In this document: one piece after another, positions 29,793 through 40,828 of the stretch
How positions within the stretch are numbered: position 1 is the first letter of the stretch
Layout: the number at the start of each line of letters is the position of its first letter
DNA from: a bacterium
Lineage (GTDB): Bacteria > Zhuqueibacterota > Zhuqueibacteria > Residuimicrobiales > Krinioviventaceae
DNA length: 64,000 nucleotides
Assembly: GCA_963693055.1 (NCBI GenBank)
Contig: OY843751.1
Coordinates: 4,928,001-4,992,000 of the forward strand
Reading direction: 5' to 3'
Made by a program: the position numbers and the translations under genes
The notes under the pieces: generated by a model
Seen by the model: only the letters and a program-made list of their open reading frames with translations
Told to the model about the DNA's origin: nothing
Database searches by the model: none

Positions 29793-31196
29793 TCATGCTA
29801 TAATCTGAAGAGGTTTCGTATTTTTCCATTCTCCGCGGGTAAAATCAGGAAAGACTTGTGGTGCTCCGTCTTGATCAACAGAATCTTCGCTCAGCGGCCC
29901 TACAGCGCTCCAGAAACATCCTTCATATACATTCTGATCCAACGGCAGTCCTTTTCTCAGACATTCAATGATACGATAGCGCATTATAAAATCCATGCCA
30001 CCATGTCCACCCATCTTTTTCGCCAGTTCTCCCAAGCGAACATACAACGGATGTTCATATTGTTCATAAATAGCCTGTAATTTTTCACCCTCAACCCAAT
30101 CATGATGTGTTTCAGTTACACCTTCCACACCGCCTTCAATTGCAATTCGTGCAGGAAAACCCGCCAGCGTTCCTTTGGTTCCCTGGATCAGATTATGACG
30201 AGTATAAGGTCGCGGACTCGTTTCGTCCCATTGCACCATAATAGTTCGTCCCATACCGGTTTTGATAATAGAGGTATTAATATCGCCGCCTTTGAAATCC
30301 AACTGGTTCCACTTGTGTTCCGGTGGGAAATGTGATTTTGCCCAGGCGCTCCTACCTTTTGCCGGTGAAGAAAATGCTACAATACGGGAAAAATTATCAT
30401 CTCCTCTGGCAAGGTTCATATACTGTGCAACAGGACCCAATCCATGTGTAGGATATAAATTGCCGTTACGCTTCGCATAATGATAGGTACGCCACGATCC
30501 TGTTCCTCGTTCTACATCGTTCATTTGAGTACGTAGTTCATGAATATAAGCGGCTTCTCCATGTAACAGTTCACCAATAACTCCCTGACGGCACATGTTG
30601 AGATAAAGCAATTCTTCGCGACCGTAATTAACATTCTCCATCATCATACAATGTTTCCCGGTCTTTTCAGAGGTATTTACAATCTCCCACATTTCATTTA
30701 AATTAATACCTATAGGAACCTCTACAAATGCATGGGCCCCGCTCTTCATGGCCTCAATAACCATTGGCGCATGCAGCTTCCAGGGAGTAGCTATAAATAC
30801 AGCATCGGGTTTAACTTCTGCCAGCATTTTTTTCCATAAATTTTCATCACCAAAATAAGTAGCAATATTCTGATGACGGGTGCCCTTGCCCCGTTCTTTA
30901 CAGGCATTGGCGGTTTTCATTGCCAGATCTTCATACAGATCACTGATAGCAACCACTTCGGTCCCTTCAATCTCGGCAATCTGGCGTGCATGGCCGGGTC
31001 CTCGCGCTCCTACACCAATAAATGCACATCTTACGGTCTCTATTGGTGGTGCTGCATAATCACCCATATATTTTGAACCGGTGGGACGGTCAGACATGTT
31101 GTTCTTGTTTTGACCGCATCCTAAAATAAGGCCGGCACCCAAGCCACTTATAATTTTAATAAAATTGCGTCTTTCCACATTGTTGAAATCTTTCAT
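29793..31196 (-). CDS. GH109 NAD-dependent glycosidase (alpha-N-acetylgalactosaminidase-like), Tat lipoprotein
   Basis: RRNFIK, ILGC; Rossmann IGVGARG, EVP, MMENVNY, YPTHGLGPV, GGHGGMDF, PDFTRG. Confidence 0.9.
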   Translation of the reverse strand: MKDFNNVERRNFIKIISGLGAGLILGCGQNKNNMSDRPTGSKYMGDYAAPPIETVRCAFIGVGARGPGHARQIAEIEGTEVVAISDLYEDLAMKTANACKERGKGTRHQNIATYFGDENLWKKMLAEVKPDAVFIATPWKLHAPMVIEAMKSGAHAFVEVPIGINLNEMWEIVNTSEKTGKHCMMMENVNYGREELLYLNMCRQGVIGELLHGEAAYIHELRTQMNDVERGTGSWRTYHYAKRNGNLYPTHGLGPVAQYMNLARGDDNFSRIVAFSSPAKGRSAWAKSHFPPEHKWNQLDFKGGDINTSIIKTGMGRTIMVQWDETSPRPYTRHNLIQGTKGTLAGFPARIAIEGGVEGVTETHHDWVEGEKLQAIYEQYEHPLYVRLGELAKKMGGHGGMDFIMRYRIIECLRKGLPLDQNVYEGCFWSAVGPLSEDSVDQDGAPQVFPDFTRGEWKNTKPLQIIA

Positions 31197-31229
31197 TACA
31201 ACCTCCGTTAATGACCCTAAGGTCTGTAT

Positions 31230-32756
31230 TTAATTAAAATTCATCTTTTCAGGTGGAACACAAAACCAGCTCAACTGTTCATCAACTGACATATCTTTGG
31301 GAAGCCGATCAGCAAATGGATGTGTTTGTTTAAAATGATTCAACATAAGCGTTTGCATTTTTTCCAAAACATCAGCGTTACCGGCTAAACCAGCCACATC
31401 TCGGTGTTCAAATGGATCATTCACCACATCATACAATCTATGCATCAATCCAGATGGGCCGTTGCCGGTTGCATAACCCTGTCCCAGATCACTCACTCCA
31501 GAGGTAAATATATATTTCCATTTTTCTGTACGAACCATTGCCTTGTTGTCTATTAAAAACTCGGAAAACACATAAGGTTTGTGTTCAGTGGATTTGTTTT
31601 CAATCAAAGGCACCAGACTTTTGCCCTGTGCTTTCTGCATTTTCCCTACACCTAACAGATCAGTTATTGTAGGAGCCAGATCCACAAACTCGCAAATGGG
31701 ATCAATTTCATTTTCAGATTCACAACGGTTTCCAGGACGCATAATTAAGGGAGAGCGTACAGCCTCTTCCCACATCATGTGTTTTTCAAATCGCTTATGG
31801 TGCCCCAACAGATAGCCCTGGTCGCCAATATAAATAACAAGGGTTTCATCTACCAGCCCTTGCTTGTCCAGTTCGTCTAATATAATCCCCACATTCTTGT
31901 CCAGATACTCTACAGAAGTATAGCAGGAAGCAATGATACCTCTTTTATCATCATCGCTCAAATCTTTAAAAATGGCGGGTATCCAACGATCGTCCTCGTC
32001 GCTTGTGGGAGGCAATTGTATATCGTCGGGATTATATTTATTCTGATATTCTATAGGAAAATTAAACGGAGAATGCGGTTCATGGAAACCTACCCACAGG
32101 CAGAAACGCTCGTCTTTGTGATCTCGAATAAAACCGGCAGATTCATTGGCAAGATAGGTTCCCAGATCGTCCTTGTCATAATATTCCGATGGCAGCCCAT
32201 CTGCGTTTAGCCAGATTCGTGCAGGCGTTCTGAACGGTTTCCAAACCGGACGGTGCTCCAATGTTTCCGGTGTCATTTGAGGAGGATTGGCCTGCAAATG
32301 ATCTTTCCATACTTTTGTGTCTTTGAGCACATCAAAACCATGGGGCAAATCATTATTAAAATGTGTTTTGCCAATCACGCCGGTAGCAAAACCATAGGTT
32401 TTCAAATGCTCCGCTATGGTTTCCTGCTTATCAGAAAAAGAGGTTTGTAGCAGGGTAACACCACTGGCATGCGGATAGCGTCCTGTTAACAACGACTGCC
32501 GGGAAGCACTACACACCGGTGCATTGGCGTATGCGTGTGAAAAACGTACACTTTTTGTTGCCAACTTGTCCAAGTTGGGGGTTCTTACCAATTCATTGCC
32601 ATAACAGCCCAACGCATGTGCGGCATGATCATCCCCAATAATACATATCACATTCTTTAGTGGTTTAGCCGATTTTCGTGCACAACTCCAGGGAGCAGTT
32701 AAACCTGCCAAAGCAAATACAGCAGACTGTTTCAAGAACTGGCGCCTTGTTTTCAT
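31230..32756 (-). CDS. Sulfatase (S1, Cys-type), Tat lipoprotein
   Basis: RRQFLK, PWSC; DD, CSASRQSLLTG, GKTH, PHSP, GDQG. Confidence 0.93.
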   Translation of the reverse strand: MKTRRQFLKQSAVFALAGLTAPWSCARKSAKPLKNVICIIGDDHAAHALGCYGNELVRTPNLDKLATKSVRFSHAYANAPVCSASRQSLLTGRYPHASGVTLLQTSFSDKQETIAEHLKTYGFATGVIGKTHFNNDLPHGFDVLKDTKVWKDHLQANPPQMTPETLEHRPVWKPFRTPARIWLNADGLPSEYYDKDDLGTYLANESAGFIRDHKDERFCLWVGFHEPHSPFNFPIEYQNKYNPDDIQLPPTSDEDDRWIPAIFKDLSDDDKRGIIASCYTSVEYLDKNVGIILDELDKQGLVDETLVIYIGDQGYLLGHHKRFEKHMMWEEAVRSPLIMRPGNRCESENEIDPICEFVDLAPTITDLLGVGKMQKAQGKSLVPLIENKSTEHKPYVFSEFLIDNKAMVRTEKWKYIFTSGVSDLGQGYATGNGPSGLMHRLYDVVNDPFEHRDVAGLAGNADVLEKMQTLMLNHFKQTHPFADRLPKDMSVDEQLSWFCVPPEKMNFN

Positions 32757-33514
32757 TTCACCTCTTTGTCTACAAAGTATAAAGGTTCATTTTTCATCTG
32801 GGTGTGAGCACGTGACCACAATTCCGGGGCCTCTATTAAATAAGAGTGTGCGTTCAAGACTTTGCCTTGACGTAACCCTTGTTTGATGCGTTCAACTTTA
32901 TCGTATCTCTGGATCCATCCATAAAATCCATGCCGTCGATATGTTTTAACTGCCTGATTTCCTTTACCATCTATCAGGGTATGCTCCACTTCCGGTCCCC
33001 AAAGATATTCCGGATTCACCAGTTCTTCAATACCGTGCATGGAAGTGTTGGGCTTTAAGCCACAACCCAGCATCAATATCTGGCCATTCAGGTTTCGTAA
33101 CTGAGAAAATGGTGAATTACTGCCGCATGGAGTAGTATCAAGTATATGTTTTTCAAGGATCTTTTGTGCTTTTGGGCCCACACCACAAACCGAATGGGTG
33201 GGGTGCATGCTGCGAATGGTACCTTCCCGCTTACGGAAATATTCGGGAATAGCACCAACACAGGATAGAGTTTTTGCAATATCAAAAACGGATTGTTCAG
33301 GAGTAACACTTTCATAAGACAATGCTGGCATTAACAACGTACCATCACCACCTATAGCTTTAAGAATTCCACGGATTACTGTTTCTGCGCCCCCGGGTAC
33401 ATGACCAAGTGCTTTTAACGATGAATGTACCATCAAAACACCACCTTTGCGAACGCCCAGGCTTTGCAAGCCATTGGCAATGCTTTGTTCAAATTGCTGG
33501 TTCATATTTGTCAT
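32753..33514 (-). CDS. AAC(3)/YokD family N-acetyltransferase
   Basis: MVHSSL, GTLLMP, GAIPEYFR, RSMHPTHSV, SPF, NTSMHGIEE. Confidence 0.9.
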   Translation of the reverse strand: MTNMNQQFEQSIANGLQSLGVRKGGVLMVHSSLKALGHVPGGAETVIRGILKAIGGDGTLLMPALSYESVTPEQSVFDIAKTLSCVGAIPEYFRKREGTIRSMHPTHSVCGVGPKAQKILEKHILDTTPCGSNSPFSQLRNLNGQILMLGCGLKPNTSMHGIEELVNPEYLWGPEVEHTLIDGKGNQAVKTYRRHGFYGWIQRYDKVERIKQGLRQGKVLNAHSYLIEAPELWSRAHTQMKNEPLYFVDKEVK

Positions 33515-33756
33515 AAAGATTCCTGCTGTTCTGAATTATATTTTCGATCTATTTTGTTGTTGAAAAAAAAGCAAATACTTAATATTGATTATATAGTATA
33601 AAAATTTTCAACAAAAAAACAGAAAAATTTTGGTCCCGTATTGATTCTGGCAGTTAAATTATATTAAAACTGATATTAACTGACAGAACAAAAAAAGTCG
33701 AATTACACGAATCCTTACGATTTTTATCGAAAAAACATTCTTGTTCAATTATCATT

Positions 33757-33784
33757 AAAAAACAGGTGTTCAAATTTGACCTGT
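33757..33784 (-). terminator. Intrinsic terminator after GH106
   Basis: ACAGGT...ACCTGT plus T-tract on minus strand. Confidence 0.5.
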
Positions 33785-33831
33785 GCATTTTTACACAATC
33801 CCCATTTTTTTCAGTCAGAACCAGCAAAACA

Positions 33832-36663
33832 TCAAGATTTTATTTTATATACACGCACAGGCCCCAATAATCCTGCAGGTTCCGGTTCTGTTCTTTTGGT
33901 CCGATCAACCCATAATTGTGCAATTTTATTATCTTTTAAAGAAGCACAATAATTGAATAATAAATTGGTAACCGATATCTGTAAAACATGTTCCGTATTG
34001 GGTACAAGCTCTACTACAAACTGGCGTTCTCCCCACCATTTTACTCCCAGCTCTTTATTATCGAATTTTAATTCAGCAATATCAAACACCCGTCCCAAAT
34101 CCAACACATGTTTTCCGCTCCAGCCGGATTTGAATTTACAGGTATAAACAGCCGTACCGGAAAAGCTGCTCAATTCAGGATCGGTAGACAAATTTTTGAG
34201 CGTTTTCAAGGATTTATGATAAACTTTGCCATTAACATGTTTAAGCTCGATGGTCCAGGTTGAATCTATTTCAAAAAAATGCTCCGGATCTTTTATTGTA
34301 AAAAAGTCCTTGTCCACAAATTGATTTGAAAAAATGGCATCAACGCCTTTTTTAGACTCGGCTGGTTCTGCTTCAAGCTTGTAGACCACCAGCAGAGATT
34401 CCAAAGGCCCCAGCTTAACATTGATGATTTCGGGCAGCATTCCATGTGGATAGCGTTTCGACTCACCGGTTTCAGCATCCAGCTTCCAGGGGATTTTTTT
34501 GCCTGTAGAGAAACTGGCATCAAACTCTAATCGTTTATCCCGGTTCTGGTTGCTGATCAGGAAAATATCGTTATCTCCCTCAGTATGATGGATGAAGAAC
34601 AGCTTTTCATCCGGAACTGTAAACAAAACATCAGGTACCAGCCGCATGCCCTGTATGGTATGCAATGCCCACGGTATAACCTGACCTTTTTCGGGGGCCG
34701 GTACACGCTTTACCATGCCCGGATATTGAGTGAATAGTTCCTCAATGGTTGATTTTATAAATTCATCATCATGCATGGTCCCCTTGTACCCCAAACTCTT
34801 GATAGGTACCTGACCTATAAAAATAATCTGTCCGCCACTGGCAGCAAATGCATTAAGCGCCTCAACAGTCTTGGATGATAACGAGGATACATCGGTCACC
34901 AACAACAACTTGTATGCCATGGGGCCATAGCAAAGTTTCCCTTTTTCAAAGGTTGCATTTTCCAACACGGTGGAATTGATATAGTCGCTCATGTAGCCAA
35001 AATGATTAAACGCCTGCCACAACTGGTGCAGATAATGCGGTTCAGTATTCCAAGGATTTCGATCCAAACCGTATTTTGACCATTTGTCCGGTGTATTGCC
35101 AAGAATTGCAATCTGCGTAACAGGAGCCGAATTTTGGAATATATGGCAGAGTCGCGCGGCGTAATCAAACCACAAGCCAGCAAAGGGCCACCAGGTATTG
35201 TTTTCACTAAAATAGGTGCCATACCGGATCCATCCAGGAAAACCCGCTTCGGGCGGTGAATAATTAAATCCGTGCAAAACCAGTTGATTGACTCCACAAA
35301 TTATATTCAAATCCGTAGCTTGCTTTATATATTCCAGAGTTGCACAAAAAACTCCGATTGTATTGGTCATGGCCTCGCAGCTTGTTATCTTTTTACCCGT
35401 TAAATGCGCTCCGGAAGATGCATATTTGTTCCAGATGGCATACCGGATCTGATCTATTTCTGCCTCATGTACCCAACCCCGATTAAATAGCCACTGATCG
35501 CTTTCCGGAATATCGGGAACCAGGTAACCGTCGAGTAGATTCGTATACAAAAAGGGAACACCATACGCCTGATAACGGCTCTGAACATTGTTTTGACCAC
35601 ACCACTGGTGGAATGGCTGAATAAACCTTTCCATAAAAAGGTCTGCTAAAAGCTTGCTCATATCAAAACGCACCCGGTCTACTGTTTCTTTAAAATTGGC
35701 TTTAACAGTAATTTCACGATTCAGCAGCAACGGCAGCCAGGGCATTAACGAATATCCATATCGTTTTTCAAATTCATCAGGCAGATCACCGGTCCAGTTT
35801 GCGCCTTCCAGTTCTATACTGTCGCAAAACATGGAACGGATATGTGCACCCAAGTCATCACCCAAAACGGATTTTAATTCATCAGACATGCGGTTCAAAT
35901 ATTTTTCTACTGCGGTTTTGTTAAAATGGTCAAGCACCGGTCCATCTGCTCCCGGTGCACCGTGCAACACATCGCGAAAACGGCTACGCCAGGTTATGAT
36001 ATAGAGTTTATACTCACCATCGTCTAATTCTATCTGCAATTTACCATCTGACGATAACCGACCCATCACATCCTGACCGTCAGCTTCAGACTGCGGTACA
36101 GCAGGAAACAGCTTTAACTGTATGAGCTTGTGGTTATCGTCATTTGGGATTTCGATCCGGGTTTCAAAGGTACCCGGGCCCTTGCAATCCCTCACCTCAA
36201 GTTCAACACCCTGTATAGTCTCCTCGGGGGCTAAAAACTCGCCTCCAAAAGGCCATCCGGTCCCAACAATCAAATCCACATACATATCCAAAGATTTGGC
36301 TTCTTTGCACGCAACTTTGACCATATTTAGCCATTCTTTACTCAACCAGTCCAAAGGTTTTGCAGGCAAGTGCGGGTACAATTCTTCATCCAAAGCTATA
36401 GGATTAATCTCTACCCCGCCGGCGCACTTTTCTTTCATCAGCCGTAATTCTCTGCGGATCTCTTTTGCGGTCACCCGATTGCCATTCCACCACCAGCGGA
36501 AAAACGGACGCGCCAGCGATGGAGGGTTCGCAAAAGAATCAACCAGAGGCCGTGATTCCTGCGCACCCCAGGATGCCATGGCAAGAGGAGCAAAAGAGAC
36601 TGCACTGCTGCATACAACTGTTTTTTTAAGAAAAGAACGACGAGTACAACGGGTATCAATCAT
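33832..36663 (-). CDS. GH106 alpha-L-rhamnosidase-like glycoside hydrolase, Tat substrate
   Basis: RRSFLKK; RPFFRWWWNG, GGVEI, GTGWPFGG, FCDSIE, ASSGAH, CEA, GVNQLVLHG, GLLGPV. Confidence 0.87.
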   Translation of the reverse strand: MIDTRCTRRSFLKKTVVCSSAVSFAPLAMASWGAQESRPLVDSFANPPSLARPFFRWWWNGNRVTAKEIRRELRLMKEKCAGGVEINPIALDEELYPHLPAKPLDWLSKEWLNMVKVACKEAKSLDMYVDLIVGTGWPFGGEFLAPEETIQGVELEVRDCKGPGTFETRIEIPNDDNHKLIQLKLFPAVPQSEADGQDVMGRLSSDGKLQIELDDGEYKLYIITWRSRFRDVLHGAPGADGPVLDHFNKTAVEKYLNRMSDELKSVLGDDLGAHIRSMFCDSIELEGANWTGDLPDEFEKRYGYSLMPWLPLLLNREITVKANFKETVDRVRFDMSKLLADLFMERFIQPFHQWCGQNNVQSRYQAYGVPFLYTNLLDGYLVPDIPESDQWLFNRGWVHEAEIDQIRYAIWNKYASSGAHLTGKKITSCEAMTNTIGVFCATLEYIKQATDLNIICGVNQLVLHGFNYSPPEAGFPGWIRYGTYFSENNTWWPFAGLWFDYAARLCHIFQNSAPVTQIAILGNTPDKWSKYGLDRNPWNTEPHYLHQLWQAFNHFGYMSDYINSTVLENATFEKGKLCYGPMAYKLLLVTDVSSLSSKTVEALNAFAASGGQIIFIGQVPIKSLGYKGTMHDDEFIKSTIEELFTQYPGMVKRVPAPEKGQVIPWALHTIQGMRLVPDVLFTVPDEKLFFIHHTEGDNDIFLISNQNRDKRLEFDASFSTGKKIPWKLDAETGESKRYPHGMLPEIINVKLGPLESLLVVYKLEAEPAESKKGVDAIFSNQFVDKDFFTIKDPEHFFEIDSTWTIELKHVNGKVYHKSLKTLKNLSTDPELSSFSGTAVYTCKFKSGWSGKHVLDLGRVFDIAELKFDNKELGVKWWGERQFVVELVPNTEHVLQISVTNLLFNYCASLKDNKIAQLWVDRTKRTEPEPAGLLGPVRVYKIKS

Positions 36664-36676
36664 GATTTCCTCTTTT

Positions 36677-39319
36677 TTATATCGAAAACCAGTAATTTAA
36701 TTTCATCATGAACACATTCTGCGGCTCGACAGAAAACAACCGATCAGCATTACTACTCAAAGACCGAACAGATTCATGAATATAATCCGAACGACCATGT
36801 GTCCAAACAAAATAAAATGTAGAACCGGGGGTAAATTCCCACCTCAGCACCAAATTGGATCGCATCTCGAAAAAGTTAAAATCCGGATGCCCAATATTGT
36901 AATCTGATGCTCCATCATGGGTTTCATCAAACGCCATGGTATTGTTATCAGCATCAATCACAGTCTCTTCATCAGAAAAAGTATAAAACCGATCATCATA
37001 TTCATCTGCATCCGCGTCATTAACATATTTGATATGAGAAAAAGAACCGGCTGAAATATAAGGGCTCACATAATATTGCAAAATCAGGTTAGGTGTAAAC
37101 GCATAATTGGCACGCAAGGTCATTTCCCAGGTATCTTGATCAATGCGACCCAGTACATAACGATTCACATCATTGAAATTGATTGTGCTAATGTATTGCG
37201 TGTCATCAATATTATGGCTATATGTCAATTCACCCGACATGTTGAAGCGATTCCCCACACGCAGTGACACACCGGGATTCAGACTAAACAATGACGTAAT
37301 ATCATCATCCACTTTGGTAACGGAACTGTGCAAAGAATAACTGAATTTTTTGCGGGAATCGGATTGAATACCCGCAGAATAATACCAATACCCATCCAAA
37401 GTCAATGCCGGGCCGCCGCGAAGCAAACGGGTATCCTGCCATTGTGGTACCCGGCTGAGGTATGCATTAAATTTCCAGTAATTTTTTAAGGTCCATGAAT
37501 TTTTAAATTCATAGCTGGACATTATCAAAGAACCGTCAAAATCCCACTCGTTTGATTGATCAACAGTAATGGAATATGTTCGATATAACGAGGTTGGGGT
37601 CTGAACAATATAAGCCAATTCTGTATTTTGAGAAACAACATCAGTCATTCTCAAATATCCCAGGTCATTCAGGTCCAGTCCGGGAGATAACCAGCTTATA
37701 TTTTCAGAGTACTGCCAGCGGCCCATGCCGCCCTTTCCTACACCAATACTTCCACCAAAACCGCCAAGCGATGTTCTGGTAGTATCCAGATCTACATGGT
37801 CGATATCCGGACGTTGAAAATAATGTCTCGAATTTCTTTGAAGGGCCAAAATGGCTTCGGGCTCACCCTGAATTTGGCTGAATATGGTTTTCACATCCAG
37901 ATAATAGGTACGATTCTTCCAACGCTGTAAATAATCAATACCACCGGTAAAGGCATCTGTTGCAAGCGAGTTCAGGTGCACATCCTCATCAGCAATAAAT
38001 CGCTGGGTTGATGTAAACATGGCGCCAATTGAAGAGTTACCCTTGTTGTAATCTTTTAAAACACGCGCCAGAAAATAGTTTGACCAGGGTTCAACGGTTT
38101 GCTTGCTTCGATTGCCATTATCATCGATCTCTGCTGTTTCTTTTGGGGTAATACTTTGTATTACACCTACAGATAAACCATTTTTGGTTTTACCTGTTAT
38201 TTTAAGCGCATTGAGGATAGTTGTCTCTTCCGGTTCATTTGCATATTGATTACCTGTCAGGTCTGCGGAATGAGAGGGTTGGTGCCCAATTCTTCTTGAA
38301 TAAAACAACTGGTTACCACCTACTGCAAAATCGAAAATGGTTTTACCTTCCAAAAAGAAGGGACGTTTTTCATCATAGAACGTTTCAAATGCTGTTAGAT
38401 TCAATACAGAGGGGTCAGCTTCTACTTGCCCAAAATCAGGATTTACAGTAAAATCCATAGTGAAATTGTTAGACAAGCCCACTTTGCCATCAAAACCTAT
38501 ATTATATTTAAAATCCTTTCCATCAGCAAAGGGATTACCCTCCTCTTTTGGATAAAAATTTCCACTGGACAACCCATAAGGCATGAGCTCTATTCTTCGG
38601 ATTTTGTTCAAACCGCTAATACCATGCAGCTCACCATAATTATCTACCCAGCTTGGCGTATTAATAGCAAACACATTCCACTGATCTTCTTCTTTATTGC
38701 GGTTGATCCATCTCCAAATATGCATACCCCATACCTGATCATGAGCATCAGAGAACCGAAGCTGACTAAAAGGAATTCGCATTTCTACAGTCCACGCTGA
38801 ATCTTCAAAAGCAACATCCCCATACCAAACCGGATCCCAGTTTGTATGATAATCTTTATCATGTATGGTTAAATCAATTTTACTCCCCGCAGCTGTCAGA
38901 TCAAATTCAAAGGATGATCGCATGTCATGATAGCTGTCAAACCCTATCCCTACAATATCGCCTTTAAACTGGTCACGTCTTGCGCCCTGTATATCAATTG
39001 AATCCGGATCATCAAAACAACGTATGGCGACATAGATGTTAAGATCATCATACAGTATTTTGAACTCGGTCTCCCGGGTCGGCTTGGCGTAATTGTCCGG
39101 CATGAATTGCTGAAACCGTGTGGCCCATTCTCCTTGCTCCATCCAGCAATCATCTTTGATTACACCGTCAATTTCCGGAGCATCACCCTGCAAGCGTTGC
39201 GTGTAATATTTTCGCTTTTCTTTTAATGGTTTATGATATTCCTGCGCAAAAACAACCCATACTTGAAACAGTATGGCAATAATGATAAAAATTGAAATCT
39301 TCCTTCCATATCCTCGCAT
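36677..39319 (-). CDS. CBM9-like plus DUF5916 protein (probable outer-membrane protein)
   Basis: PEIDG..W, YDDLNIYVAI, WTVEMRIPFSQLRF, TVNPDFGQVEADP, EKRPFFLEG, FYSRRIG; C-terminal KLNYWF. Confidence 0.85.
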   Translation of the reverse strand: MRGYGRKISIFIIIAILFQVWVVFAQEYHKPLKEKRKYYTQRLQGDAPEIDGVIKDDCWMEQGEWATRFQQFMPDNYAKPTRETEFKILYDDLNIYVAIRCFDDPDSIDIQGARRDQFKGDIVGIGFDSYHDMRSSFEFDLTAAGSKIDLTIHDKDYHTNWDPVWYGDVAFEDSAWTVEMRIPFSQLRFSDAHDQVWGMHIWRWINRNKEEDQWNVFAINTPSWVDNYGELHGISGLNKIRRIELMPYGLSSGNFYPKEEGNPFADGKDFKYNIGFDGKVGLSNNFTMDFTVNPDFGQVEADPSVLNLTAFETFYDEKRPFFLEGKTIFDFAVGGNQLFYSRRIGHQPSHSADLTGNQYANEPEETTILNALKITGKTKNGLSVGVIQSITPKETAEIDDNGNRSKQTVEPWSNYFLARVLKDYNKGNSSIGAMFTSTQRFIADEDVHLNSLATDAFTGGIDYLQRWKNRTYYLDVKTIFSQIQGEPEAILALQRNSRHYFQRPDIDHVDLDTTRTSLGGFGGSIGVGKGGMGRWQYSENISWLSPGLDLNDLGYLRMTDVVSQNTELAYIVQTPTSLYRTYSITVDQSNEWDFDGSLIMSSYEFKNSWTLKNYWKFNAYLSRVPQWQDTRLLRGGPALTLDGYWYYSAGIQSDSRKKFSYSLHSSVTKVDDDITSLFSLNPGVSLRVGNRFNMSGELTYSHNIDDTQYISTINFNDVNRYVLGRIDQDTWEMTLRANYAFTPNLILQYYVSPYISAGSFSHIKYVNDADADEYDDRFYTFSDEETVIDADNNTMAFDETHDGASDYNIGHPDFNFFEMRSNLVLRWEFTPGSTFYFVWTHGRSDYIHESVRSLSSNADRLFSVEPQNVFMMKLNYWFSI

Positions 39320-39347
39320 TTCTGATACCCGCTTTCTGAATTATTTG

Positions 39348-40796
39348 TTAGTGTTTTCTTTCTCCTGGTACAGGAAATGATTTTTCCCCGTTATCTAGTA
39401 CCAATACCCAATCATTCTCGGGACCCTGGTATGGGGTAATAAATGTTGTATAATTCTTTTCTTTCAATTGCCCAATTTTTTCAGCAACCCCATTCACCGG
39501 CATATACCACCACGCTGTTATTAAACTGCCACTTAATTTATTCAAATCAACCTCTACTTTGCCGCCTTGGGGAAGATAAATCATTGCGTAACTGCCGTCA
39601 ATTGCACGCGTTGCCAGTACATGTGTACTATCATCCGGATTTTCAGATACAATCAATGACGGATCCGGTATCCGCTCCAACATGGGGCGAGATTCCATCA
39701 AATTCCGCACATGGGTCATCTGAGTAGCTCCGGGCAGGTCCATTGCTACAGGCCAGGGTGTACGTGCTGCTGCTGTTTTCTCTCTACCGGGTAGCCATAA
39801 CTGCCAGATATCATTGCAGCCATAGGTGTATCCAAACGCTCCGGCAAATAAAGATCTGTACGCGGCTTTACGGACATCCCAGGCACTAAACCAGCCGGCA
39901 TCACCCGGTTTAAAATTAACAGGATGGTCCTCGTAATTGGATTCTCCATCAAAAACCGGCTTTATGGGTGAACGCCGGTAATCGGTTATAATTTTTTGCC
40001 AATTGGGATCATCTCTGTGGCTATGCCCGGATTGCCAAGTATTAAAATCGAGCCAGCTATCATCATGAAACCATTGTGACGAACTGGTGCCGCCCCAGGA
40101 ATGGTATCCCATCAAATGCCGTTTATCCACAGATTTTATGGCGTTTGCCATGGCCCGCCAGATGGGTTTATAATCCTCCTCTTCCCATTCAGGCGCCCGG
40201 TCTCCTCCCAACATCCAGATGATATTGGTCTTGTTTTTATAACGATTGGCAATCCATTTACCATATGTAACCGCATTGGTAGAATCAAACACAACCGGAC
40301 CTACCCCCCAGCGTTTCAAAACCTTGTCTCCCCAGGTGGGAAGCAGTGCGATATAAATACCCTTTTCCGCGGCCTTGTTGATGATCCAATCCACATGGTC
40401 CCAGTAATCATACGCCTCATCATTGGCAATGGTACTACCCGCAGTGGTATCGGGTTTGGCAGGATCATTGTCCACCAGAGGTCTGTCACCATAGCTGTTT
40501 GGGGTATCCAATCCGTCCAGTTCTGCCAGTGCGACCGCCTGAATAACCGTAAATCGCTTTTGTCTGCGATTTTCCAGGTATCTCTCGGCTTCTTCCCGCG
40601 TGGTACGATGAAACAGCTCCCAGCAGGTATCCCCCAGATAGAAAAACAGAGTTCCATCGGCATGCACCAGCATCCGATGATCGTCGGAGACCTCTAGATC
40701 GCCATGGCTAAAATCCACAGACGGTTCCGGCCGCTCAACGATGGGCGAACAGGCAAACATAGATAATATTAATAATAAAGTTGCAAATCTTTTCAT
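39348..40796 (-). CDS. GH140 apiosidase-like lipoprotein (DUF4038)
   Basis: Lipobox FAC; FYLGDTCW, YWDHVD, LPTWG, WMLGGD, WLDFNTWQSGH, KPVFDGESNYE, GYTYG, DWVLVL. Confidence 0.9.
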   Translation of the reverse strand: MKRFATLLLILSMFACSPIVERPEPSVDFSHGDLEVSDDHRMLVHADGTLFFYLGDTCWELFHRTTREEAERYLENRRQKRFTVIQAVALAELDGLDTPNSYGDRPLVDNDPAKPDTTAGSTIANDEAYDYWDHVDWIINKAAEKGIYIALLPTWGDKVLKRWGVGPVVFDSTNAVTYGKWIANRYKNKTNIIWMLGGDRAPEWEEEDYKPIWRAMANAIKSVDKRHLMGYHSWGGTSSSQWFHDDSWLDFNTWQSGHSHRDDPNWQKIITDYRRSPIKPVFDGESNYEDHPVNFKPGDAGWFSAWDVRKAAYRSLFAGAFGYTYGCNDIWQLWLPGREKTAAARTPWPVAMDLPGATQMTHVRNLMESRPMLERIPDPSLIVSENPDDSTHVLATRAIDGSYAMIYLPQGGKVEVDLNKLSGSLITAWWYMPVNGVAEKIGQLKEKNYTTFITPYQGPENDWVLVLDNGEKSFPVPGERKH

Positions 40797-40828
40797 AATA
40801 GCTTTCTAATATATAATTAAAAACATTA

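Noticed and set aside
32753-33514. Acquired aminoglycoside resistance gene
   Set aside because: No mobile context; YokD-like chromosomal homologs are widespread, so resistance cannot be claimed from sequence
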